DNA of 47,554 nt, filler included, from Jimgerdemannia flammicorona (Eukaryota), in assembly GCA_003990765.1 (NCBI GenBank). It is 2 parts of 2 records of this genome, joined end to end, with 100 filler letters (N's around TTAATTAATTAA, not from the genome) between each part and the next. Parts side by side here need not be neighbours in the genome. Positions count along the whole stretch, not along the records: positions 23,829 to 47,554 come from RBNJ01001073.1; 1 more part is not named here. One strand, 5' to 3'. Position numbers and translations under genes: made by a program. Positions within the stretch are counted from its first letter, which is position 1, and each line of letters begins with the position of its first letter. Below, in pieces: positions 23,829 through 35,300 of the stretch. The notes under the pieces were generated by a model. That model was given only the letters and a program-made list of their open reading frames with translations, had not been told where the DNA came from and searched no databases.

Positions 23829-25276
23829 CATATGAGATGAGCAATGATGACCAACTGTGAGTCATTGTGACCACAGTACAAGCATCCTGAAGAATATAAA
23901 AGAAGGATCAAGGAACTGCAGTAGCAGCAACCAACAAGAACCACCAATCCCAAAATAGCTCAAAGACTTACCACAAATGAAATACCTGCTGCCCACCAAA
24001 CCTCAAGGTCAAGGAATCACCAAGATATCTTGGTCGAGAAAAGGATGTTCCAAGACATCAGAAGAGCCATAGGGACCTACTCAAGAAGGACTCTTAGTGT
24101 TAACCTGGGTACTGCAGACTCTTATTACTTCATTCTCTACTACTGTAAAATGGAAACAAGGATCACTATTGCTACCAAATGCCTTCAAATATAGCAGGAG
24201 TATAAAATAGGAAATCTCCTCTATCAGGAGTTCCCACAGGCCAGCACTCAAGAGCTATAAGATGCCACTCCTATGGATATATGCAAAACAAGGATAGCTA
24301 AGAAGATCCATCAGATCTTCAGGCATACACCATGGTCGATCCCCAACTTGAAGTATGTCAGAGTCTCAGACTTCAGAGATCTATCATCCCACCATATCAA
24401 TGCACTAGAAGCCAGGGTGGCTACAGAAATCCAGTCCACTATCACTCTCAACAGTGAAGAAGTAGAAGACTTCTGGCACTCTATTCTCTAGGACAACTCA
24501 GACCAATTTCTGTAAGGATTGATCTCAGTATTCCAAGGCCCAAGCATCCAGGTTAGACCTCCCCAAGACCTCACATTTATTCCCTATTTTGTGGAAGAGA
24601 ACCTCATAGACTGGAGAGCTCCAGATCTTGTTCCCAATTTCCCTACTGAACATGATGATGTCATCGGTAATGACATCATCCTACGTGACATATGCGAAAT
24701 GTGTGACCTACACGATGAGTTCATGGATCTCATCTCCTTCAGTGATGATGATGATGAGGATGAAGCTCCCATAGTCCTGAACTTTCTGCTCTAAGTTCTT
24801 TGTTATACTAAATAATACCAGTACTAGTATTCTCATGTAACACTGGATAATGTCAGCACTAGTATTCTAAGGTGATGCAAAATTGTTCCAGCAATGGCAT
24901 TTTGATGTTACACTAAATAATGCCAGTATCCTGAACCTGTACAACCATCAGTGCTAGCCCTGGAACTTAGTAGTTTCAGTTATTGGAATTTATATTTAGC
25001 TTTATATCTTAGCAACCATTGAATTATATTTTGTATAAATACTCCTCTTATTTCCTCTGAAATAAAGTCAGTTAAGTTTCGGTTTCACTTATATACACTT
25101 CCTTGTAAGCAATCTAAGAGATAACAAGATAGTTAAATATAAGAAGTTTGAGGACTATAAGACCTTGGGAAGGCACTCTAATAAGAACTTGCTTATAACA
25201 AACTTGAGTTAGTCTAAGAGATACACCTTGAAGAGAATCTGACATATTTGAAGAACTCAGTGACCACTACGTAACA
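23829..25276 (+). mobile_element. 3' end of a second LTR retrotransposon (probably Gypsy): accessory ORF and LTR ending ...CGTAACA
   Basis: Its ORF resembles ORF3 of the 9.5-19.9 kb element. TGTATAAAT...AATAAA at ~25032-25066 has the same spacing as in the first LTRs. Candidate LTR starts TGTTA at 24098, 24801 or 24907. Confidence 0.65.
24150..24794 (+). pseudogene. Accessory ORF3-like frame (~214 codons, internal stops), acidic C-terminus
   Basis: ATG 24150 is in frame with track ORFs 24273-24491 and 24519-24794. Motifs YKIGNLL...RIAKKIHQIFR...VSDFRDL. Confidence 0.6.
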
Positions 25277-26455
25277 ATATATATCTATTTTCTTAGAAAA
25301 GTATGGTAACAAATTGGACTTGCATATCTATATTTATTCTTATAAGTTTGAAGTATTAGTCTAACTAAAAAGTCCAGATATGTATCAGTAAATAGTTTTC
25401 TATAGTAACTATATATTAAAAATATTAAGCTTAAGTAGCTTAAAACTAATAAGTATAATTATAAAGTAAGCTACTATGGCTATACTTTTGTTTTCTAATA
25501 TTCTAGTTATAGTTATAGATTTCAGATCTAATATATTATTGTAATAATTATTCCTTTTAGATCAATCTATAGTTCTGAATCTATATCTTCTATTATAGAG
25601 AGATCTGAATAATTAGCTAGTTCTTCAGAGTTCATTTTGGATTTATATAACTAGTTGTAACTGATTTCTAAATTTATATAAGGTTTCTTAATAAAGCAAG
25701 ATATAACTTTATCACTACTATCAAATATAACAGTTCTAATTTCTTTAAAAAAAAGTAGCTTAAATCTGAAAGATTTTAGTAGGTCTAAAGTATACTTATA
25801 GATTTAAGTAGTTTTAAAGAGTTTCTAAAGAAAATATTCTGAGCTTTATTCAAGTAAAGAAAGAGGATATTTATATAAAATCTAAAAGAAAGACCAGGAA
25901 GAATTTTAGAAATAAAAAGAAAAGCCAAGAAAGTAGTTCTTAATAAAGATGATTAATAAGATTTTACAATATACTAAGATAAGATACTTAATATTAAGAA
26001 AAGACAAGAATATTCTGATAAAGTCTTAGTGCCAAGAAAGAATTTCTAAGTATTCAGGAGATGCTGAAACATTGTGGAATAGACAAGAAAAGATAAAAAA
26101 AGACTAGAGAAAAAATATGAAAATATACTATAAATAAGAAATTATTATAATGTATTTATTATAATAATAATTTATGTTATAAATATTTAGAATTAACATA
26201 TTAAGGAACTTTTGAAAATAGTATAATCAGATTACTATCAGTTCTTATATTATATATTTAAGATAAAATTATCAAAAAAATATATATTAATTTTAATAAG
26301 TTTATTATTTGATATATATTTCAATTTATATCATAAATTATATTATTTATGAGACTTAAAATCTGTTAATGTATTATAATAGCAATAAAATATTATATTG
26401 TGATAATATATACAAATACAAAATATTTTAAAATACCATTATTTTCTACTGCTAA
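25277..26455. repeat. Extremely AT/TpA-rich relic of an unidentifiable repeat
   Basis: Essentially CpG-free and TpA-rich, with an abrupt return of CpG at ~26458. Confidence 0.5.
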
Positions 26456-26796
26456 TACCGACATACATATCGCAGATGGTCACATTACCAGTTCCCCGAG
26501 TTTGCCGACAAATAGAGTATTCAGACGATTTAAAGAGAGAGAGAATTCGATGACACAACAGAGCAAAAGCGAACAAATATCAACATTAGCAGGCGATCAA
26601 GTTGCATGTGAAGAATGGTGCGTGGATCTGATGCAGCCGACAGCCAGCCAAGCTTCCAAGCAGCCAAGGGATCGAGCGACATTTGGTGTGCTTGCATGTA
26701 ATACGGAATCGGATCCATGAAAAAATGGGAGATGATAAACTACGCCCTTTCAAATGTCGTATATACCGACCCTGAAATGATCAGACCAATTGAATC

Positions 26797-26859
26797 TTTA
26801 TCGCAATTGTGGGATTTATCGCAATTGTGGGATTTATCGCAATTGTGGGATTTATCGCA
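26797..26859. repeat. Perfect 18-bp tandem repeat x3.5 (TTTATCGCAATTGTGGGA)
   Basis: Direct reading. Confidence 0.95.
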
Positions 26860-27121
26860 TGACCAAGATTTAAAATGCACGCAGCATACATGCACCGTGT
26901 GCGTGTATTTAAATCTATGAACCTGCGTGCAAGCGATGGCGAATCAAACGCATCTGATTATCAATTCCACCGGTTATGCTCGCCTCTAACTTGACGTCGT
27001 CGAACATGAATATGCACCCTGATGCCATTGTAGACGGTGAACACCATCATGTAGCCAAATCATTATAAAATATTTGTAATGCCATCAAAGTTCGGTTTAT
27101 AAATATACAATCGACCTAACG

Positions 27122-28534
27122 TCACTTTAAAAAGGTGAAGAACTCCTTAAGTGCACGAATCCCCGCTCTCCTTCGAGTCCGCTTCGGGGTCCCTATCGTA
27201 GTAGATAAGACCGGCTTGTCTTCTCCAGATGAATCTACATACTTCGGCACCGATTCCTCTCTCTGCCTTTTCCACGTGTTTCGTCGCACGTACTGAAACC
27301 CATTCAATTTGATCCATCTCTCCACAGCCAGCGCCAGATGGTCGGGAACTTCTATCTGCTCGAGATTTGGGCATTCACAAATGACCCAGACCACAAAAGT
27401 TTCGGCTAGATTGTAGCACCCGGAAAGCGACAGCGTCCGTAGCTCTGGCCAACCCCTGTGGACATACGAATTCAAATTGGTGATCCTCGTCAAGCACTGG
27501 CATTCTATGAAATCGATATGCTCGAGCTTGCGACCGTGCGCAAGCAAGGTCTCAACCAGTGTTCCGTCATGGACCCAGCTGATTCGCACCAAGCGGAGAC
27601 GTTTCAATTCCGTACAGCTGGACAGGAGGGAGTCCACGGCGCCGACGGTGACGGCCGTATAGTGTACCGCCCCCCCGTTGACGAGAGTGAAGGAGTTGAG
27701 CAGCGTGCACGAGGCCGCCAACGCATGGATGGTGCGGTCGAAGCAAGGTGATCTTCCGTGCATGTAGCAAAACTCGCGCAAGTTGGACCACGATGGCAGG
27801 ACCGTCGCCAGGCCGTTTTCGGGGTCATGGATGCGGATCATGTTCACGTCACGAATGCGCGAGCAACGGCGCAGGGCGTCTTGAGTCGCGTGGGTGATGG
27901 CATAATTTGTCAGGGTGAGGGATTCGAGAGTCGGACTGAGGATGGTTAGGAGGGTGTCAATGTGGGTGTGGTGCGCCGGGTGACTGCCGCCTCCGTTGAA
28001 GCTGAAGCGTCTGATTGGCGGCCAGATGGGTTGCAGGCGATTGAAGAGGTTGTTGAGGTGATCGAGGGGACAGGCACGAGCGGTTGCGAGATATGTGATG
28101 TCAATTTCGAGGTCCGTGAGGTTGCGTGGGCGGAGTTTAAAGAACGTTTCGAGGGACTCAGTCATGGATTCGACCCGGTTGCGACTCATGCAGCGGACGT
28201 CGATTTTCACTTGTTCGATGAGTCCAGGGGGATCAAAGCCATTGTGCCGAAACTCGACGAGTAGATTTATGTACCGTTTCATTTCAGCGACGTCGAAACG
28301 GTTATCGTAGACGAGCGTTCGGAACAAGTCAAGTTGGATCCTGTTGTAAAGGAAAGGGCTGGCTTCTTCGTACCAGCTTCTGCAAACCATCGAGCTGGCG
28401 ATAAGATCCCAGGGCGCTTCCGAAAACGTGGTGGCATGGTGTGAGGGAACTAGGTATAAAAACACCAAGTGTAGAATGTCCGGGACCAAAAGTGGTGTAC
28501 GGTAGCGGGGATTTCTGAGTATCCTAGTGGGCAT
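27122..28534 (-). CDS. F-box / leucine-rich repeat (RNI-like) protein, 470 aa, intronless
   Basis: N-terminal LVPDILHLVFLYL...SSMVCRSWYEEA F-box-like motif. Cys-containing LRRs (CTELKRLRL, LRTLSLSGCYNL, CPNLEQIEV). Confidence 0.85.
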   Translation of the reverse strand: MPTRILRNPRYRTPLLVPDILHLVFLYLVPSHHATTFSEAPWDLIASSMVCRSWYEEASPFLYNRIQLDLFRTLVYDNRFDVAEMKRYINLLVEFRHNGFDPPGLIEQVKIDVRCMSRNRVESMTESLETFFKLRPRNLTDLEIDITYLATARACPLDHLNNLFNRLQPIWPPIRRFSFNGGGSHPAHHTHIDTLLTILSPTLESLTLTNYAITHATQDALRRCSRIRDVNMIRIHDPENGLATVLPSWSNLREFCYMHGRSPCFDRTIHALAASCTLLNSFTLVNGGAVHYTAVTVGAVDSLLSSCTELKRLRLVRISWVHDGTLVETLLAHGRKLEHIDFIECQCLTRITNLNSYVHRGWPELRTLSLSGCYNLAETFVVWVICECPNLEQIEVPDHLALAVERWIKLNGFQYVRRNTWKRQREESVPKYVDSSGEDKPVLSTTIGTPKRTRRRAGIRALKEFFTFLK

Positions 28535-29288
28535 GTCGACGTATGGTAATAATGGAGTGTTAACACCAATTTTCTATTGAAGGACGCTTGCAAGAGAAGT
28601 CGATCTCAGATGATTGGAACGGTAGGAAGTCAATATTTATTCCGAGTCATCAAACAGGTGGTAAACTCCGGAGACGGCGAAACATGTAACAAACAAAGAG
28701 TCAGCATCTCACCTATTGTCGTGCGTACAACCGCTTTTGTACGAATGCACCTATAGCCGGACTGCCTTTCCGAGGCGAGGCATGTTGAGCCATTCCCCAA
28801 AATCATTGTCACCAGGGTATTATTCAGCGTTGTTTGCTGACGTATGGTATGAAAAACAATGTCAACACTCGTCAGCTCATTCTCGGCACACAGTATTATT
28901 AAACAAAGAAGAGTGTTGCAAAAAAGCGGGCATGTTTTTGTTGAAGCGTAGCAGACTATCGCCAACGCCTTTAAACAATTGCCGCAACAAAGGACGGAAA
29001 GGACAAATAGAACGATTTGACCAGCAAGGATTTGAGTTCTCGGCGGTCATGATGGGTGGGTTATATTTTAGGGAGGACGCAGATTTGTTTGAAGCACATT
29101 GATTAGAAACGAGATTAATTTGTGAATTTCATCCAACCACCGGTACAAAACCTGATTGCACCCCTGAATGAAAGAGCTGGGAAAAGATCGGATTAGTCCA
29201 ACATGCGAGTGTACTTATTGTTTTTTCGACGAATAAAAACATTACACGCTCCGGAGAGTGAGACTAGTGCCTCGGCTTCACGGATACG

Positions 29289-29323
<35 letters not shown>

Positions 29324-30281
29324 AATTGGTTGACTCTCAGGACGCAATCCAATCAACGTAGCTTGAACATGTGTCTTCCCAGCGGCAGTGAGGAAGAGGA
29401 AAACAAAAAGCCATTCTTTTAGCAGCAATAATAACCTTTTAGTTTTCCCACTCTCAAGTCGGCAAATGGACACTGCAACTCCCAAGTTAGGATTTGTACC
29501 TAGCCCCTCATATCAAGGCGCACGGTCTGTGATAATCGTTTAATAATAAATTCGGACGAATTTAGAAAGTCCATCGATGCATGCGTGAGACCCTCCACAT
29601 GGTGCTGTACTACGATATCCTTGTCTGAGTCCGTGGCACCAGAATCATTGCGCCTACGATCAGCAGGGCGAGCTGATCGACGCCACGATTCCTAAATGTA
29701 ATTAAGTAATAGTCGTCCGAGAATACACGTGTTCGCCACTGAAGCAATAAGCTTTCCTGCCAGGCGCACTTTCCGCGTCCGACTCAAGAATCTGACGGTC
29801 GATGGAGAAGACTGACATGCTGTGTGCACAATGAAATTCGAGTCGCCGTATCCTAAGATTACCCATGTTGGGTAATACGCGCCATCAAAGCGATACAATT
29901 ATGGACTAGTGGATGGAAGTTGCGTGTGAAAATCTTTCCAGATAAATCGGTACCGACGTCGGGACTACATGAGGTTCGGTGTGTTGTCTTACTATACGTA
30001 ACTGAGGTAGCGTTTTGAAATCTACAGCGACGTTGACAGCTATGAGGAAATGGTAAATGTTCGTTTGCTGACCGTTAAAAAGATATTTTTTTGAGGTAGA
30101 TGCACTTTGCCAAAGAAGATGGGCGTAGCGACGGTTGTGACAAATCGTGGGGCAAGAAAAATTTCGCGACGTGGGGATTTGGACGGCCATATTTATTGAG
30201 ATAATTACATAAATAAATAAATTGTGAATAAATTTCCCTCCACACAAGGTCGTATATTTCAAGCTACGTGTTATTCTTGTT

Positions 30282-31316
30282 TCATTTAGACACGCGACCC
30301 GACACCCGCTGGGTAATCCAAGACCACACGCCGTTCAACCAAGACGCCCCCTCGGATTCGGACGGCAGCTGGGACGCCTGGTCAGCGTCATCCGTCCATC
30401 TGGAATACTGAGCCTGGTACAGGGGCGGCCACGCAGGGAGCACCGAATATAGGGTGTCGACTTTGTAGTAGGCGGCGTCGCGGATGCGCTGGACGGCCGG
30501 GTCATAGTTGTGCGGGTTCTGCGTGACGGCGCGTGAGCAGTGGGCGGCGATTGTAGCGAGGATGATGTCGGACTGGATCTCTGGACAGTTCTGGAGGCGG
30601 AGACTGCAAAGCGTGCGGCCGTAGGTGCGAAGGAAGGCGGCGAATTCGGCGACGGGGATGTGGTGGACGTGGACGAGGCGGAGGTCGGTGAGCTTGGTGA
30701 GAGAAAACATGCGGGAAAAGTTGTAGGGGATATCTTGTTTGGCGTTTGGGGAGGTGGCATTAGTGATGTAGAGGGTGCGGAGGGAGGGTGGCAGATGTCG
30801 GAGGACGATGTCGCCCTCCTGGCCGGAGTTGGCGAAGCTGGCGATGATGAGGTGGCGCAGATTGCGGGTTAGGTGAGGGAAGACGGTGGCCAGTAGATGG
30901 CTGGTGTCGAGGTCTGTGCTCCCGAAGCGGAAAATCAGGTGAATCTTGCGGAGCTGTTCGGGGGAGAGCAGGTTGAGGAGGGAGGCTGCCGCCTGGGCCC
31001 ATCCCGGCTCGGATGGCGGGAGTGTTAAAGAGATGGTCGTGACATAAGCGATGCTCTGGGTTATGCGGCAGGCAAAATCGGGACGCGAGTTGGTCATAGA
31101 CCGGCGCAAACTCTCGATGGTGTGCTTTTCGAGCATGGTGTCGAAGCGTAGGGTGGACCAGACCAAGGGGAGGGCGGCGGCGCGCCAGTCTTTTGAGACG
31201 AGCGAGCAGTAAAACAAGGTAGAGCGGGGTCGACAGTGGAAGAGGAGGTCATCAGGGTGGGGGAAGTAGGTGAAGATGTTGGTCAGGGTTTCGTGGGGAA
31301 GTTGTGGGGAAGGCAT
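30282..31316 (-). CDS. F-box / LRR protein, 344 aa, intronless
   Basis: LPHETLTNIFTYF...CSLVSKDWRAAALPLVW F-box. LRRs LRHLII, LRTLYI, LTDLRL, LCSLRLQNC. Confidence 0.85.
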   Translation of the reverse strand: MPSPQLPHETLTNIFTYFPHPDDLLFHCRPRSTLFYCSLVSKDWRAAALPLVWSTLRFDTMLEKHTIESLRRSMTNSRPDFACRITQSIAYVTTISLTLPPSEPGWAQAAASLLNLLSPEQLRKIHLIFRFGSTDLDTSHLLATVFPHLTRNLRHLIIASFANSGQEGDIVLRHLPPSLRTLYITNATSPNAKQDIPYNFSRMFSLTKLTDLRLVHVHHIPVAEFAAFLRTYGRTLCSLRLQNCPEIQSDIILATIAAHCSRAVTQNPHNYDPAVQRIRDAAYYKVDTLYSVLPAWPPLYQAQYSRWTDDADQASQLPSESEGASWLNGVWSWITQRVSGRVSK

Positions 31317-32364
31317 TGTGGTGATACTATCGAGGGGGGATTTGTGGCTTTGGACCCCTATCTACGACTCATGCGATACACGTGATTGGTTATCGCCCTT
31401 TCTTGTCGTATTGTGTAAGCAGTTCCGTTGTATTGGGGTATAATTATATCCTGACCGCTCTCCCAACCCCACTCTACACCTGCATGTGTGTGCGTGTGTA
31501 TCCTGGCCCTTCAGCGTGTCCCATAACCCATCTAATTAATTGGACAGACACGTCTACGTGTTCTCTCCTATAAATTAGATTTGATGGTTCCATACAACAG
31601 AAATGTATCAGAAGCTCTCTTTGGTTTTTGGTATACAATAAAAATAGTGGTCGACAGCTACCATAGCATCATCAGGCCAAAGAACAAAAAAAAAATTACC
31701 TACATTTGGGTTCCGTGTGAAACCAGGCCACATTAGTATTTTGCTCTGGCGAGAGTTCATAGAACTCGATGACGAGAAAAAAATGATGTAACGAAATCCT
31801 AGCAAGTCAGATTATTTTATCACTAGCCACCTCTCCTTGACACCTCTTTCACGATAAACCTCCAACATCCGCAGTAGGCTGAGTAACCTTCCTACTAGTC
31901 CGTCACAAAAGTGTGAGCATTGATCACCCCTCATAGGATTCCCGCTTTCCGCTGACAAACATCCTCGTTGACATAGGCCATCCCATCAAAGCCATCCGCC
32001 ATCCAACCTCAAAGTGGACAAATTCAACTTTACTCTAGTTCACGGTTACCCGTTGACTTCTACAACATTGGCGAACAGTATAAAATGGACAGGCATGATC
32101 ATGGAGTTCGCCGCGGTGCCTGTGAAAGACACTGTATGACGTAAACTAGGCCGTGAATATTCTCCGCTTGGCCACCCGCCCCCTTCGTGGCCTCTCGCAT
32201 TTTGTCACTATTGCTCTATATGATGCGGATCAGTAACCATTCGACCCGAGTTTTGTGTAGCTATATGACGATCACTCGACATTCAGATCTTTGTCGTTGA
32301 CGACGGTTCCCATTTTTGTGATGGTAAAGCAATATTTGGTGCGCGACAAAGCAACACCATGGCA

Positions 32365-35300
32365 CGATCGCTCTTCCTGATACACCTCACATTACACAAA
32401 CACATATCAACTACTTTTACACCATTCTTTGGAGAAATGTCTTAAGAATATGTTCTTGAATCAGAGTTCTACAGAGTGTACTGGGCAGGGTGGCCCCAGT
32501 GTATTCAGATGGCAGCATGTGGGGAGGGGTCAGGGAGGGTTGGGGATGCCAAGCACTCTATTGGGAGGAAGGAGGGTCAGCAGCAGTGGAGGAGGAGGTG
32601 TGGTGCAGCCAGGGGGGAAGCAGATGAGCTTTGCTGAGAAGATCAAGTAGGGGGATATGGTGGCTAGACTGAATGAATGGCTGTAGGAAAGACTACTGAT
32701 GGGAGGTCAAGAGAGACTTCCTTGGGAGTATTGAGTGGTAGGGCTGGTGGTATAGTGGCTGGGGGTGTGACTGCTGATAGAGCAGTAACTGGCAATCTGG
32801 AAAAAAATCCAGATATGACTACTGATGTTGAGGCTGAAAAGATGGGGCCTGGATGGTTGGGAGATCTGACAGATGGTATGACAGATCTGGTAGTAGTCCT
32901 GTTACTCAAAAAGTCAATTTTAGAGTTTGTAGTTACTTTGTGCTTCTAGGGCTTAGTAGTGATAATGAAAATAGTCTTAGGGCTAATTGCTAAACAGATG
33001 AGTGATATAGTATCTGTAAAGTTTCTGAGGAGTTTAGAAGAGGTGGAGGTAGACTTTGAGAAGGCTGGGCTATTGAAAAATGCACTAAAGACTGAACTGA
33101 CTGTTGGGAAGAGATGTGTCCCAATAGTGTATTGCTTGAAGTGGGACTCCAGAGTAGTATAACTTCTAATAAAAGAAGTATCTATAGTGACTACTGTAGA
33201 TATGAGGAGAAGAGTTAAAGAGGTTATAGCTGAGTATAGAGAGGTGGTCAATGTTGGATTTCAGGTCTAGGAAGAGACCTCATTCAGGATCAGAAATGTT
33301 GATATTTGAATTTAGTTGGCTGAGAGAGAGACTACTGAAAAAACTTATGATTGACCATCAGTGATGATATGGAGAACCTTTATATATAAGATAATGAGAG
33401 TGAAGGTGAGTGAGAAGGAGGAGGAGAATTTGTTGGAGATACTGAAGGAACTAAGTGATATAATAGAGTAATAGGTAAAGACTTAAAAGATATATATAGA
33501 GTCAATATATTTAGAGATAGTGGATGGGAAGTGTATCTGTATTGATAAGGAGCTATAAGAGAGATCCCAAGAATAGAAGAGGCAGAGGGAGTTGCTAGTA
33601 AGTCTGGAGAGAAAGGCAAAGAGGGATACTGGTAGCATTGAGGGTACTGGGAGAGCCAAAGCAAGTATCTGAGCCAGCAAAGATGGAGAGAATATAGAAG
33701 AGGGTCTAGAAGAGATCAGGAAGATATCAAGTAAAGACCTATATACAAATAGTACTTTTGAAGTCTAGGAGGATACTCCTCCTCTTATCAGAAGAGATTC
33801 AGTCTTGAGAAGCTAAGTGATGGAGGATATACCTATGTGAGGAGCCCAGTGAGTATACTTTGGAGTTTCTGAGATAGCAAAAAGGAGACAAGTAGTGACA
33901 GCTGATGAGAATGAACTAGTAGATATCTCTGAGGAGAAGTGAGATGAGACTGCAAGTGTGGGGGCTAATACTTTAATGTTGAGAGAGGAGAGATCATTGA
34001 CTCCAGATAGAAAGAAGGTGGAAAACCTATAGTGGATATATCAGATAATGGACAACTTAGCAGCTGAGAAGTTGGATAATATAGATCTAAGAGTACTTAG
34101 TAATGATCAATGAGTATGAATCTTATATGAAGATGGAGTAGTGGAGGCTCTAAAGGTAGAGGTGCTTATAGTTTTCTTGGAAGAGAAAGGATATGAGATT
34201 GATAAGGTAAGGGAGACAAAGCTAGTGGTTGTTGCTGAGGAGTGGGCTGCCCTCTAGTGGGTAGAGAGACATGGATTGCAGTTCTGATAAGAAGCCTGCT
34301 TGGAGTATTATAAGGACTTTGAGGAAAAAAAGGATAGAGAGCTGGCTGAACTTCTGGTAAGATTAGAGGCTAAGAGGATTGAAGAGGAAAAGATGACTAA
34401 TAAATGTAATTTGGACTTAATATGGAAGGAGATGAATGTGGAGTTATAGAGGATATATGTGACTTTTAATATTATTTCTTATAAATAATATAACAAATAT
34501 TTTTTCTTTAAACATAAATGGGCTACAGAGTTTGGCTTGACATTAGACCATTTTTACTTAGCTGAAGAGTTTGGAGGCTGATCTCTTTCTTTTGCAAGAT
34601 GTTAGATATAAAGATAATTTAAATAGACTAAAATAAATAAAGGAATGAGGAGGCAAGGTAGTTTAGAGAGATAAGGTTGGAATTCTGGTCTAGAGAGATA
34701 GAGGGGAGATATAAGATGTGAGGAGCTAGAGAGACAGGCTGGTTTGAGGAGAGTGGATTTGACCAGATTAGGAGCTAGTTACAGTGAGTTTCTGCTACTG
34801 CTCTACTATATAGAGTGAGTAAGTAGAATAGGTGAAGAGACTCCAGGAGAGTAGAGCTCTTATAGAAACTAGAGTGGATATTCTTGGAGGAGACTTTAAT
34901 ATAGTCCAAGATATATTAGTGAATAGAACTGATAGAGAGTAGGGGGCTGAGAGTAGAAGAAGGGGCCTGGAGACATAAGAGGATATAGAAAGGCTAGGCT
35001 CTCTAGTGGATACTGAAAGAAGATTCTAAAGAGAGAAGAATATATATATATAAATAAATGACCTGGGAATAAGGATTGACTAGATGCTGATGGTAGACTG
35101 CTGGGGTTTAGATGTTTGGAAGTTGCTGGAGGCTGAGTAGTATCTATGATCTGATCATTAGGGGCTGTTGGGACAAAGTTATTTTGGGGAGAGTGGGAAT
35201 GGGTCTGGACATTGGTGCCTCAATTTCTCTTTATTGGCTAAGAAGGCATTGTGGGACAAATGGGCTATAGATATTCAGCAGAGAGTAGAGAGTTGGATAC

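Noticed and set aside
29290..29318. Poly(A) run as a retrocopy tail of an F-box gene
   Set aside because: Wrong strand for the neighbouring minus-strand genes, and no TSD found.
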